From Dicyema japonicum (Eukaryota; Animalia; Dicyemida): a DNA stretch of 64,000 bases. A program made the translations under genes and the position numbers. Location of the stretch: contig RDEW01000059.1 in assembly GCA_011109175.1 (NCBI GenBank), positions 186,001-250,000 on the forward strand, given 5' to 3'. Below the pieces are notes generated by a model that ran no database searches, had not been told where the DNA came from, and saw only the letters and a program-made list of their open reading frames with translations. Below are positions 50,160 through 61,600 of the stretch, in pieces (position 1 is the stretch's first letter; the number at the start of each line of letters is the position of its first letter).

Positions 50160-52690
50160 ACAATAAATGAAAACTTTATTTAACCACAATAAAAAGTTAA
50201 TATTTAATAATCAACAATTTTCCTTTCCTGTTCGCCAGCCTCCTCAGGCAGATTCGATTCTGGTTGCTGAAACAACTCCGAGAGAGCCATGTCCAATTGA
50301 ACCCTCTGCCCATATGGCATCTCGGGCTCTGAGTCCTATACTCCAGTGTTAGGCTCTCTAGGGTCCGCTTTAATACAGTGGACTGTAGATAGGCCTGGAG
50401 CTTTCTATGTACCCCCAACTGCTTCAGATAACCCTTGTGGTACTTTGTTGCAATTCCTTCCCACGTCATTACTATTGGAATAACGAGGACCTTGCAACCA
50501 AGCATCTACCCCATCTTGTTTGCAAGAAAATCATACTTCCTTTTTTTCTCCACCTCCACAGTCTGCAAACGGTATTGAGACGTGATGCCAACCTCTATGA
50601 TAAGGACTTGGCCAGACTCCTTATCGTGTACCACAATGTCCGGTTTATTGTGCTTGACTAGCACAGAGGTACGGATAACACTGTCTACCTTAATTTGGAC
50701 CCTCGTGTTCTCCACTACAGATTGCACCTTATGAGTCCGCAACTTTCTGGTGTGGCGAATACCATACTTATTGCATAGTAGAAGATGAAGACTTCTTACT
50801 ACCTCGTTATGCCTCCACACATAGTCGTGGCAAAGCATAGATCCACATCGTGTGGCTAAATGATCAACCGACATGCTCCTTGACTTACAGTGGGGACATG
50901 TATTTGTTGATCGACCCCAAAAAATATTGCGGTCTTGCATATACGTGTACAACGCCTCCGATCGAGGTGAGTTGTCACCGTATTTTAGCCATATTGTCGA
51001 CGACTTAAGGTCGACATGTGGGTTGTCCAATGCTCTGAAGAGGACCTTATGAAGGCTTTTTAAGTTGATCTTTTCCATCAAATTATTATATTGTAATTCG
51101 ATCAACGCCTTCACATTTACTAGCCCACCATCATCAACACCATACTTAGCAGACAAAAAAGGTCTGATAGTGCCTAGGTGGGTTGCCCGTGTTTTCTCGG
51201 TCGTTATTATGGCGTGCTTCCTAGCAGACACACTTGACCCAGCTATCAGGGTGTCGTGCATTCGCATTAGGATACGCTCACTTAGTTGGACTACTCCACA
51301 CAGTCCACGGCCGAATTTATCACGGGGTAAATATAGTCTCTCCTTATTGGCTGCCAACACATGGACATGGTTCTCTCTAAGTACTCCACTGATCATAACA
51401 TCCATCTCATCATACTCTTTGGGCTCAAACTCCACAACACCTATGTAGTAGTTTAGCAGCGAGACAGCATACTCATTTAATGCTAGGAACAAATTCCTCG
51501 CATTTAGAGACGTCTTATATAATAACGCTGCTCTTTTACGGATGCCTTCAGTAATTTGTCGCTTTGTCTTAGGCATTATAAGGGACTTTGGAGTTTCGGT
51601 AACACTCAGATGCTTATATCCTTCGTGTTCCTCTAGGACTCTTACTAACTCGCTACATACTTGTGTGTTAATCACAGATTTTGAATAATTCAAATCTAGT
51701 CTTATACTCTCAAAGAATTCCCTGGCACAGACCCCCATGGAGTAGAGTTCCTCGGCTGTTCGTCTTCGATAAAAAGAAGATGATTTGTACTAAAACGAAC
51801 CCCCTCACAATGAATTGGTATTTCCTCAAATCGGTCATTGAGGCGGTGACTCAATGGCTCCAAACAGAGAGCAAAGAGCAGCGGAGACATGCTATCCCCT
51901 GAAGGACCCCCATCTTGAGTTTTACCCTTCCTATCGGATGCCTATTATAGTTCAGATGAATACTCCACCTATTTCATCTGATGAAGCACTCTGGCATACA
52001 CAGACTGTGTAGGCACTCGACAAGGTAAGAATGATCAACTGAATCGTAAGCCTTCTTCACATCCACCCACATAGACAAAAGTGAGTTTCCGTGAGACACA
52101 GAAAGGAGCTTGTTGATCAAAGCCGTCTTTTGTCCCCAAACAAATTCGCACAGCACCCAACTGATTCTCCGAAAAAATCCCATTTGCTTCTACAAAGCTC
52201 CTGACCTCATTAGCCACCAATTTGGTCATCAACCTATACAGGGTTGGCATGCAGGTTATCGGTCGATAATCTGCAGCAGACTGAGGGTTGTCCAGCTTTG
52301 GGATCAAATAAATTGTCCCGGTGAAAGCCCAATCAGGAATCGTTTCCGGGTAAGTGATGCTTTTCTGTAATACACGACACGTGTAAGGAAGTGCATCTTT
52401 TGATAAAAAATTATAAACTTTATTGACCCCGGTCGTTTTCCAATCAGGGAGATGTCTCAATATCGCCTCAAATTCCTTGCGGAAATCGAATATTTTACCA
52501 AGAAAGGAGCGGCGCTGTACGGGACATTCCACGCATTTCCTCTGCGTGGTTTAGCCTCCCATACACTACCCCATGTAGAAAGCATTTCCGCGTCCTGCTG
52601 GGAACATGCACTATGGCCATTTTCGTGTAGGCGAGTAAAACAATCTGCGATTAAACTCAAACATATTATTTTCTCTCCTTCTCTTACACC
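50160..52690 (-). mobile_element. R4/Dong-like non-LTR retrotransposon (RT + CCHC + RLE), frameshifted and 5'-truncated
   Basis: YRPITCMPTLYRL, WVDVKKAYDSVDH, GVLQGDSMSPLLF, NHLLFI, ERLYLPR, CPHC..VDHLATRC, RHNEVV, KPDI..EVGIT..KYD, IPIVMTWEG. Confidence 0.92.
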
Positions 52691-52800
52691 GACGGGTGGC
52701 ATAGTGGTTAGGTATCGGGCTAATGTGGCTTAGGCTACGGGTTCGAATCTCGCTGCTGTTCACCTGGTGGAAGGTTTCACGCATCTACGATGCAGAAAGC
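52691..52800 (+). mobile_element. SINE family A 5' end with tRNA-derived head
   Basis: A-box TGGCATAGTGG, anticodon-like arm CTAA-TGTGGC-TTAG, B-box GGTTCGAATCT, followed directly by the family A core. Confidence 0.8.
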
Positions 52801-53332
52801 TCTAATGCTCGTGCTCTCTTTGACAGTTGTGGTTATCTGGTCCCCGCCTCTTTAGACCAGTACCCTTTTTGCCTTCAGCCATTTACTTGAGTTCACTCAC
52901 AGATATAGCAGTACTGAATCTGCCACTGCAGAGCTCCGCCAAGTATGGCCAACCATTCCAGGGCATTCGGATAGCCTGTTACGTACCTGCAGGACTACCT
53001 GCCTCGCCATTCTTTTGGGTCAGTTGCCAAAACATTCTCGGATATAACGTGATCCCACCAAGTTGCACCAGATTGGAACGTATCGACAGAGATGAGAATT
53101 GTCTCTGGTTAAGTGAAGTGAACTAAAGAGCCTTCTCTCATTCCTACAGAAAAATCTAATCGTAGATGGGAACTTTGGATCAATCGGTTTTTTTTGTTTG
53201 GATATGGATCTATTCAGATTAGTTTTTGAAATTGTTGAAATGGAATTAAGGACTTGTTGATAGTTATAGATATTAGTTTTTGATAACCATTATATACTGC
53301 TGTGTTTCTCAAAGATGAGCGATTCTCTTTGA

Positions 53333-53480
53333 GTTAGTTAAGTAACCCCAGCCTCACTAACTTGTAGGAGGCCAGCAGCTATTAAGTAGGACGCAGCAGA
53401 TGTTGGTCGCTCCCTTAGATCGATCAGTCCCAGCATTGTGAAGAAACGTTGTGGCAATTCATGACATTCAAATAGGTGAT
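53333..53480 (-). mobile_element. Isolated LINE 3' UTR copy with (TAAC)n-like tail
   Basis: CCTCACTAACTTGTAGGAG.CCAGC.GCTATTAAGTAGGACG.AGCA is shared with 27385-27530. Confidence 0.75.
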
Positions 53481-54719
53481 TTGTTGTCATGAGGGACAGT
53501 GTATATGATTCTCTCGGAAAGGCGATTTTTATTAGACAGAAGGGCGATTTTTAATTAATGATTTTTTAATAATGATTTAATTGCAAATAAATTTGTTTGT
53601 AATAATTTAAATAAAAGCGTGCAATTTTTTGATGGAGCATGTTAAAAAATAAGAGATTATAAAGAAAATTATTTATCTTATTCAAAATCCAAAGGATCGA
53701 CTCGAACTTGTGCTTGAATGTGGTGTGGATTGTTCCAACTAAGTGATGAAGCCATCTCGCTTATTAAAACACCTAAAGCGCAAACATCTAATCACTAGGA
53801 AAAATTTTTAGAAGCCTAAAGCGAAATAAAGTTGCAAAAATTATCGCCATTACTGGTTTTTTCATATTTTTATCTACAAAGGTAATCCTCATTCGATTTC
53901 TAAGAGAGTTCTACTTTTCTGTAGAATTGTTATAAAACATATTATGTGACGGAATCTTCCGAATTATTAAAAATATATAATTTATTAACGACACAATGAG
54001 AAAATTGACTAGATTTTTGAAGTTCTCCTTATTTCTCTCAGAAAAACAAAATTTCAACTAAAAATTAATGAATCAGTTGTATTTGATAATCAATCTGTTT
54101 AAATGGCATATGCTAGGTAAAAATAACATTAATTGGAATATTGCAGATGGATTATAAATTTGTGGTTATCACGCTGGTTTGATACGTTAAGGGAAATACA
54201 AGAACTGATTGAATTGACAAATGACGAGTAACTCGAAATTCATGAATCAATTTCTCATTTTTGTCATCCATTATTATCAAACCACGATTCCCGAAATAAT
54301 GATACTCACAAAAGCAAATAAGAAAATAACGATAATCCAAGAACATTTTATACATTGAGTTATTTTTATTAATGAACAAGACTGTTTTTTTAAAATAAAT
54401 TTAATAACTAACAGTTAACAACTACTGGCTGTCTCATAATTGAGAACGCATTTCCCCTTACAAATTCAAGGAAATGCTTCTTTAATACAGCAAGTAACAG
54501 GATAATATTCAATTTAAATATTTACATCGTTTTAATGAAATAAATTATTATCCATGTACCATTTTAATTTTAGTAAATTTTATTTTAATCTAAATTTTGT
54601 AACAGCAAAATGCTACATGTCAAAAAAGCAACAATATAAAACGTCTAATTAATATTTAATATATCTTCCCTTGGCAAGACAAATATTCAATGTACTTTTT
54701 TTATAAACTCAATGATAAT

Positions 54720-54960
54720 TTTTTGCATGTTTCAAATCGAATCCATTCCAAAATTTTCAACCTTTAGATTTTTGGAGCGCTCTTTCTCCTATTTAAATTT
54801 TCGTTTTAATTAGTCCTCCTAAGTTCTCTATTGGGTTACAGTTGGGGGGCCATTGCAACAATTCAACATTTTTTTCACTTATAAATTGTTTTGTAAGCTT
54901 CACAGTGTGTTTAGGATCGTTATCCTGCTGGAACACAAATTCCACAACTTTTTTTTATTT
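54720..54960 (-). mobile_element. Tc1-type transposase fragment
   Basis: VFQQDNDPKHT...WPP....NPIE. Confidence 0.75.
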
Positions 54961-54964
54961 AACA

Positions 54965-55490
54965 ACCTGAGACCACGGTAATCCAAACTAATTATCACGT
55001 GATCCCGATGCAGTCTAACAGCGACGTCATTTTTGCCCGGTGTTCATGAACGTACTGGAGGGCTGACTGTTTTTTCAGGGCCACAATGGAATTATTATTA
55101 ACCCAGGCATACAATGGTAAGGACAGCGCAAAAAGTCATAACTAACTAATCCAAGGGAAAAACCAAAGGAGGACATCTGCTTGTCCAGACCAAATTCATC
55201 TTCCAATACTTCATTACAGGCTTCCGCTTCGGAAGAGAGGTGGAGAAGTAGATCCGCCCTCTTCCATTTTTGTCCCACGTCCTAACGTCGGGACATCACT
55301 TGATTCTTTAGCGGAATAGTTTTCATAATGCGATCTTCATCAGAAGATTTGGTCAGGGAAAAAGGTAGGAAGATCCCTTTTAACAACTGTGTCGTGCCAG
55401 AACTCGTCGCTTCACGGGTGGGATCTGTTTGACAAGAATACTCCATCTTTCGGATTTGAACCCACGACCATCAGATCCGATGTCATCAGA
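54965..55490 (-). mobile_element. SINE-like family B, longest copy
   Basis: Minus-strand head has B-box GGTTCAAATCC. The body matches 18100-18447 and the 3' part matches 38845-39000. Confidence 0.65.
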
Positions 55491-58169
55491 CGTGGAATTA
55501 AGTAATTTTTAAAATGTTATTTAATTTAAAAATTATTTAAAAATAAATATTTTTTATACTACGTGTCGTCATGTCGGACATAAATCATGGTTCTCTTCAA
55601 TTCCTTAATAACCCGATACTGGTTATCCTTACAGTAGCATTTCTTTACTGGGAATCTCGGCATTATAAGCTTCTTGACACTTGCTACATCCCAGAAAAAA
55701 TAATAACAATTTTGAGGTACTTCAAATCCTCTATTAGATATGGCGACCCTCACTTCGTTTTCACGTTTTATTTGACCAAACAGACTGGATTTCATTTTAA
55801 TAACATGTACTTTATGTACTCTATTCCAAACAGCTGGAAGAAAGTAGAGGTTTTTAACATGTTTAGCACGTTTTCTGAGAAAAGGGAGATTTTCTGTTCA
55901 TGATGATTTTCATGTCCATTCTGACACTTGTAATGGCCACGTTTTAGGATTTCCTGTTTGCTGTGTTAATGATGTTTAGTTTATGCCGATGTCCCTAATA
56001 ATGTCTGTGATTTATGTTTGGTGTCAATTCAACTCAGAGACGTCGTCAGCTTCTGGTTTGGATGACTTTCAAGGCGGTCTACTTCCCTGGGTTCTGCTAG
56101 GCATTAATTTTCTCCTGCAAAATTCGTAGTGGTGGTTAATTAGATAGATTCTACTATGACCTGGCGGGAATTGTGGTTGGACATTTATACTATTTTATGG
56201 CGGTCAAATATCCTCAAATTCATGGAACACATTCACTAATCCCTACTCCTGCTTTTCTGTTGTTTGTGTACTTGACTTTAGGTATAATCTGTTTCCCCAG
56301 CGGACAAATAGAGTTTATGGGTTTTCCGAAACGACACGCCTGCTGCGAGAGTTGGTGGTGTTTCATGGGGAAGGGGATATTCGTTGAATGATTAAATTAG
56401 TGGTGTTATTGTGGTTTCACTTATTTAATATTTATTGCAACTTTGTTTGGTGTTGAGTGCGACTTTAAAGAATTTCATTCCTATTTGTCTTGGATAAAGA
56501 GGTTTTATCAGGCTCTCACGTGGAAACTCTCAGCTGAGTAAGGAATAAAGGGATTTTTGGATATTGGTTCTCGCATAAGTTAGGTGGATAGATGACGCTT
56601 TTTAAATAAAGATGGAAGAAACAGAAAGGAAAACTTTTGATAATCGCCACAATTCTAGAGAAATTTGAAAAAACGAGTAATTTACGTAGTTACTTAATGA
56701 CAAATCCTCATAGCCAATTCCTCTATGGTTGGATGGAAAACGTGCAAGGTTGGCTTATTACCAGTTTTTACTTTAATAAAGTGTTTATGTCTCGATTCGT
56801 ATGAAACCTAGCTAGTCTCATTCGATTAGTTCTTGACTTTATAAAACACAGTGCAAACGAAGAGAATAACCATACGGTCTATGATCAACAATTTATTCTT
56901 TCCTCAGCTACTGGGAATGTTACCACAAAATCTAATTCTAGATATTTCATAATTATGCATAAATAGTGACTGGAACAAGATTTTTGAAGATGCAAAACAA
57001 TAAACCTGCTTGTTTGAATTGTTTATTAGACGGAAAATTCAATAAAAAGCTGTTGATAGAAATTTCTCAAGGATATTTTGTTATAACAGTCTAATAATAT
57101 ATGGTTGTGGTCTGAAGGAAAGTAATATACCACCGACCAGGACGTCTAGAGAGTAATGTTGGGTGAAGAAATGAAGATATCGGAGGTTGGTGTTAGATTC
57201 GCATATGTGTTGGAGAGGGTAATTTAGGACGATGCGCCATTCAATTTCGCACAAGTCATACTCCCCTAGTTGATACAGTTAGCCATCTATAGACCATGAA
57301 GGATTCCTGTCATTAAATCCCCATATGTTCTTCAGGGTCAAGATCCAAGAGAGGTCAGGTTTGTCTCCTTAGGAACAACTGGGAGGAGTGGGAATATATA
57401 AATTGGTGATAATTTACGCCACGTTGTTAATTGTTATCAGCATCGAACTGACCTCCAAATAAGAATCAGATAGAAATCTAGAGCGTGTTGATACGGTTGT
57501 GTTAGTAAAAAAGTAACTCTCACGAATGCGTATAATAACTACTCCCCGTCTGAAATGGATGATATCCTAAGAATCGAGGAGTATGACATGATGGCGACAA
57601 TCGATTTTCCTTTATTAATGCAATGTCCACGTCGTAAGAAGATAAAAATTCAATTAGCTCGTCTCGTTTTCGAGATCCCGTTTATTTTAGTTGCAGAATT
57701 GTTAGGTATTCCGATGAAGTCAGGTTAGGTTTACAATCACCGGAGAGAACAAGAGACTCTTGGGAGGGTTTGAGCCTCTCCTTGAGAACAGACAGAAGGA
57801 TCCCGTTGTTAAGAAGATCCGAAAAATATTGCTTACATATTTCCAAAATGATAAAGTTTAAATCAAAATAATAAATAACAAGTTAATTAAATATATATAA
57901 TTTAATTAAAAAATAATAAAATTCAGCGCTATCTTCTATAGTTTGTTATGTATAGTCAACCGCGATCTTCATAAGTAAAATTTTCTTGAGAATAACTATT
58001 TTTAGAAAGGAACTAGACAACAGGATGATATAACAAGAAAGAGGGTGAGTTTCATCAAGATACGAAAATGACCACAAAACCTGGCACAGATTTTATGTCT
58101 CACAATATGCAACTATGTGATTTGAAGTTCACTGAAAGGCCTCATTCAACGCCAGTAAAGGAGAAATCT

Positions 58170-58630
58170 AACTCGAACTACCAATTACTGATATAAATTC
58201 TGACGTTAATTTCTTTTACTCTGTCACTTTGCTGACAGATCGTATAAATTCCTAATGAGAACGCATTTCCCCTGACGATTTGCAAGGAAATGCCCTCAAT
58301 GAGCCAGCTCTTTTCTCTCCTATCATTTTTTTTCTTCGCGATGAACGATCCAATTCTTTTTGGCCTATTCTTATGATTCCTCACATTTCCACTGCGCTGG
58401 TTAAAAAATGAACTGTACTCCAAGACATGCATATTTCTTTAACTTTATGGTCTCAGTCTTCTCCGAAGCAGATCCTGGGATAGTTGCAAGGTTGGAGGGA
58501 GAAAGACCATCAACTCAAGTGCATCCCAGGCAAGGCAGTTGCCACTTTCCCATGGGAGGAGAGTGGTTCCTTCCGTCTTCGGTTGGTTTGAGCACGTCCA
58601 AGCTGCTCCAGTTGGACAGGAAATGTATAT
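58170..58630 (-). mobile_element. CRE-like RLE 3' fragment
   Basis: PWESGNCLAWDA ... EKSWLIEGISLQIVRGNA (CRE PWxxGxxLxWD and QRISxAIQRGNA motifs). Confidence 0.7.
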
Positions 58631-60407
58631 TTTACATTCTTAGTAGTTCATTTATAATTTCATTGCGCAACCTTTGGAATTGTATGTCGTATACATTCTT
58701 ATTTTAAACAAAATATTAATTTTATTATTATATTTCAGAAGGCTTGCTTATTTTATAATAATTTTTTTATATGATAGTATGAAGCTATATTAAAGCAGAC
58801 ATTTAAGACACACATCTTCCACATTCACGAATTATACTAATGATGTTTTTTATTATATTATTTTTAGAAAACCACGTGCCTTGTTCGATCGAAAGTAAAA
58901 AAATCGTATTTAAATCTCTACTTTTAGAGAACTCATACCAGACTTATAATCGACCAACACAAATGATGAAAGCAAAAAAGCACATAAAAAACAGCTAATG
59001 GTTTCTGACAAGCACAATATTCTTCAAACGAAATTGGGTTTTTTTAAAATTACTTTCAGGCGAGTCATTGGAAGAGGATTCGTCACGGATTTTTATAAAA
59101 TGGATGATTTACATAAAAAGATTGATCTTACTGAATTCTATAAAAATCAAACAGTGTGAGGATTCGTGAAATCTCTAAAAAATGAACAATCTGGTTCAAT
59201 TTTTTACTATCAAATGCGACTTATGATTTTAGAAAAGCAAATGAGGTTGAAAAAAACATACGATTCTTACTGTAAGACTGACGAACCTGAAAAGTCCTTC
59301 GAATTTAAAGGAAGATCTCAAAGACTTGTTTTCATTATAAAATTTGAAAAATCCCAAGATTTTGATGAAAATAGTAGGAGTTTCACAAACCCTACATGTT
59401 AGATGAAGTGTCGAAGAAATCAGAGACAGTTCACAACTATGAGAAAAAACATAGGAAATTGACAAATCTGACGTTCTTACGAGAATACCAAGGAAATTCC
59501 GGAATCTTTGAATTTTAATAAAACCCGCAACATCGAAAAAACCCATCAAAATAAATTTGAAAAAACTCATTACCGCAGAGCAGACTTATCACACATGGTT
59601 CGAGGGTAGTAGTATTCTAGATTCGTCAATCTTTCTTAAGAGAAATGGAGTAGTCTGTTATAGAGTAAAATATTTGAGGGTAATGTGTAATTATTATAGC
59701 AGAAATCGTGTCAGGAAGGTTGACCGTCGCTACTTATGACCAATTCGAAAAAAAGCTAAATTAACTGCAAAAGGTATTTTTTATTGTTAATTCATCAGAA
59801 TTTGTAAAACAGCGAAAATAAAGGATTCTGTATACTGAAAGGGAGGTCAAAACAGAAAGTGCTGTATTCTGGAAGGAGCTGGCTAGAAAGAGTGACTTTG
59901 TTTACCCCAAATATTTGGTGAGTATCCTAAACTTGAAAATATTGAAAAAAAGCTTGTCGCGAGTAAAGTAAAATCCAAGTTGGTCTTGTGATTACTTTAG
60001 AATTAATTTATCGCTCTATTTGTCTGTTTTTTTAATTAAAAAATATTCTGAAAATTTGGAAGATGAATGTAATCTTGTAAATTCACTTTAGGGCTTTATT
60101 GAAAAAGTGAACTTGATAAGCGTTGAGATGTTGTATCTTACGTCTGGATGTGTATCGATGTTTTTTATGCTTAAAAAATGCTCACGATTTTTTCTGGCTA
60201 TTTTTTTAAATCAGAAAGGAAAGTGGAATTATCTGTATATGAACGAACTTATTTCGAAAAAATGAAGGTTAGTGATTTTGCTTAATTCAGTTCCAAAACA
60301 GATTGCTGAATATGAGATAAAGACTGGAAGAGATATATAGTTTAGATTTGTATTACTACTAGAAATTTTTAGGAATTACAGGAATCAGTGATGGAAACTT
60401 AGAAATA

Positions 60408-61600
60408 CAGTAAACTTTCATTAATCCGAACATCAATAATCCAAAACTTCAATTATCCGGATTTTTTGATGAGTTAGCAAAATTTTACAAAGTTTCCTTA
60501 CTAACAGGCTTCAATAAACCGAAACTTCATAATCCGAAAGACATTTATTAAAAATTTCGGATTAATTTATTTTGTTTTTATCATACATTCAAATGAATTT
60601 AAATTTAAAATCTAACAGTACCAAATTGTTAGAAAAAAGTAATATTTGTGAAATAAAAATACATCAAAATGACTCTCAGAAAATTATCCCATATCTGTGA
60701 AATAAAAATGAACCCTTTTTGTACACTTTCAGAAATTCTAAAAAACCGTGAAAGTTGGAAAATTGTGAAACTACTATTAACAAATCAAGAGCCAAGTGGT
60801 AGCGTCATCAACTTGATAATTCACTTGTTGAATGGAGATATCATTTATTACTCAAGATATCATCATTTCATAAGCTAAAATATTTGGTGAAGAGCTTGGA
60901 ATCAATGATTTTGAAGTTAGAACACAAAATGAAATTAAGTTTTTTAAAAGATTTTGACTTAAAAAATTAAAAAAATTATTGTACTATATAAATAAAAGGG
61001 TTTTAATGACAACATAAATTGTTAGTGATGAATTAAAATGTTACAGAAAAGTTATTTTTACTGATTGATAATACTTACGTTTTAACGAAATTTTTTAAAA
61101 ATTGAAATTTTATTCCTTCCTTAAAACACAACTTCAACCACGGATGCAAGCATAATCATGAACGTTAAGCATTATTATAGAAAAAGGCTTATTTTGGATT
61201 ATATACCCTTGATTTGGAAAAAAATTTTTGTGAATTTACGGAAAGCCTTCATTATGGTTTCTCACACACGAAGTAAAAGTCCATAAAATTGTTTTAAAAT
61301 ACTTAGGCAATTAAATGTCTTGATTAATTTGCTAATGAAGATATAATGCAAGATCCTGTTTTGAATGGGTATCGAAAAACTGAATCAGAAATAACTCAAA
61401 CAGAAGTGCTCGACGAGAACGAAATTGTCATTCTTTGTAAGATTATAATGTCGACGAGGAAATTATTAATGCTAAAGTGGAGAGATTATTATTATATATT
61501 AAAACATAAATATTAACTACAATGAAATTAATATATTTATTCCCTTCACAATCCGAAAGGCATCCAAATTTTTTTAGTTCGGATTAATAAGGGTTTACTG
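60408..61600 (+). mobile_element. Complete non-autonomous pogo/Tigger element (about 1.19 kb) with TIRs and TA target duplication
   Basis: Left TA|CAGTAAACTTTCATTAATCCGAAC; right GTTCGGATTAATAAGGGTTTACTG|TA. Subterminal TAATCCGAA repeats; decayed transposase (LQPRMQA.IMNVKHYYRKRL). Confidence 0.88.

Noticed and set aside
52691-52762. Functional tRNA-His gene
   Set aside because: The acceptor stem pairs poorly, there is no oligo-T terminator, and it runs straight into a multi-copy core. It is a SINE head.
55571-55903. 110-aa plus-strand ORF as a membrane protein gene
   Set aside because: No recognisable motif, and the opposite strand shows LINE-like remnants (PVKK...NQYRVI), so it is probably a shadow ORF.
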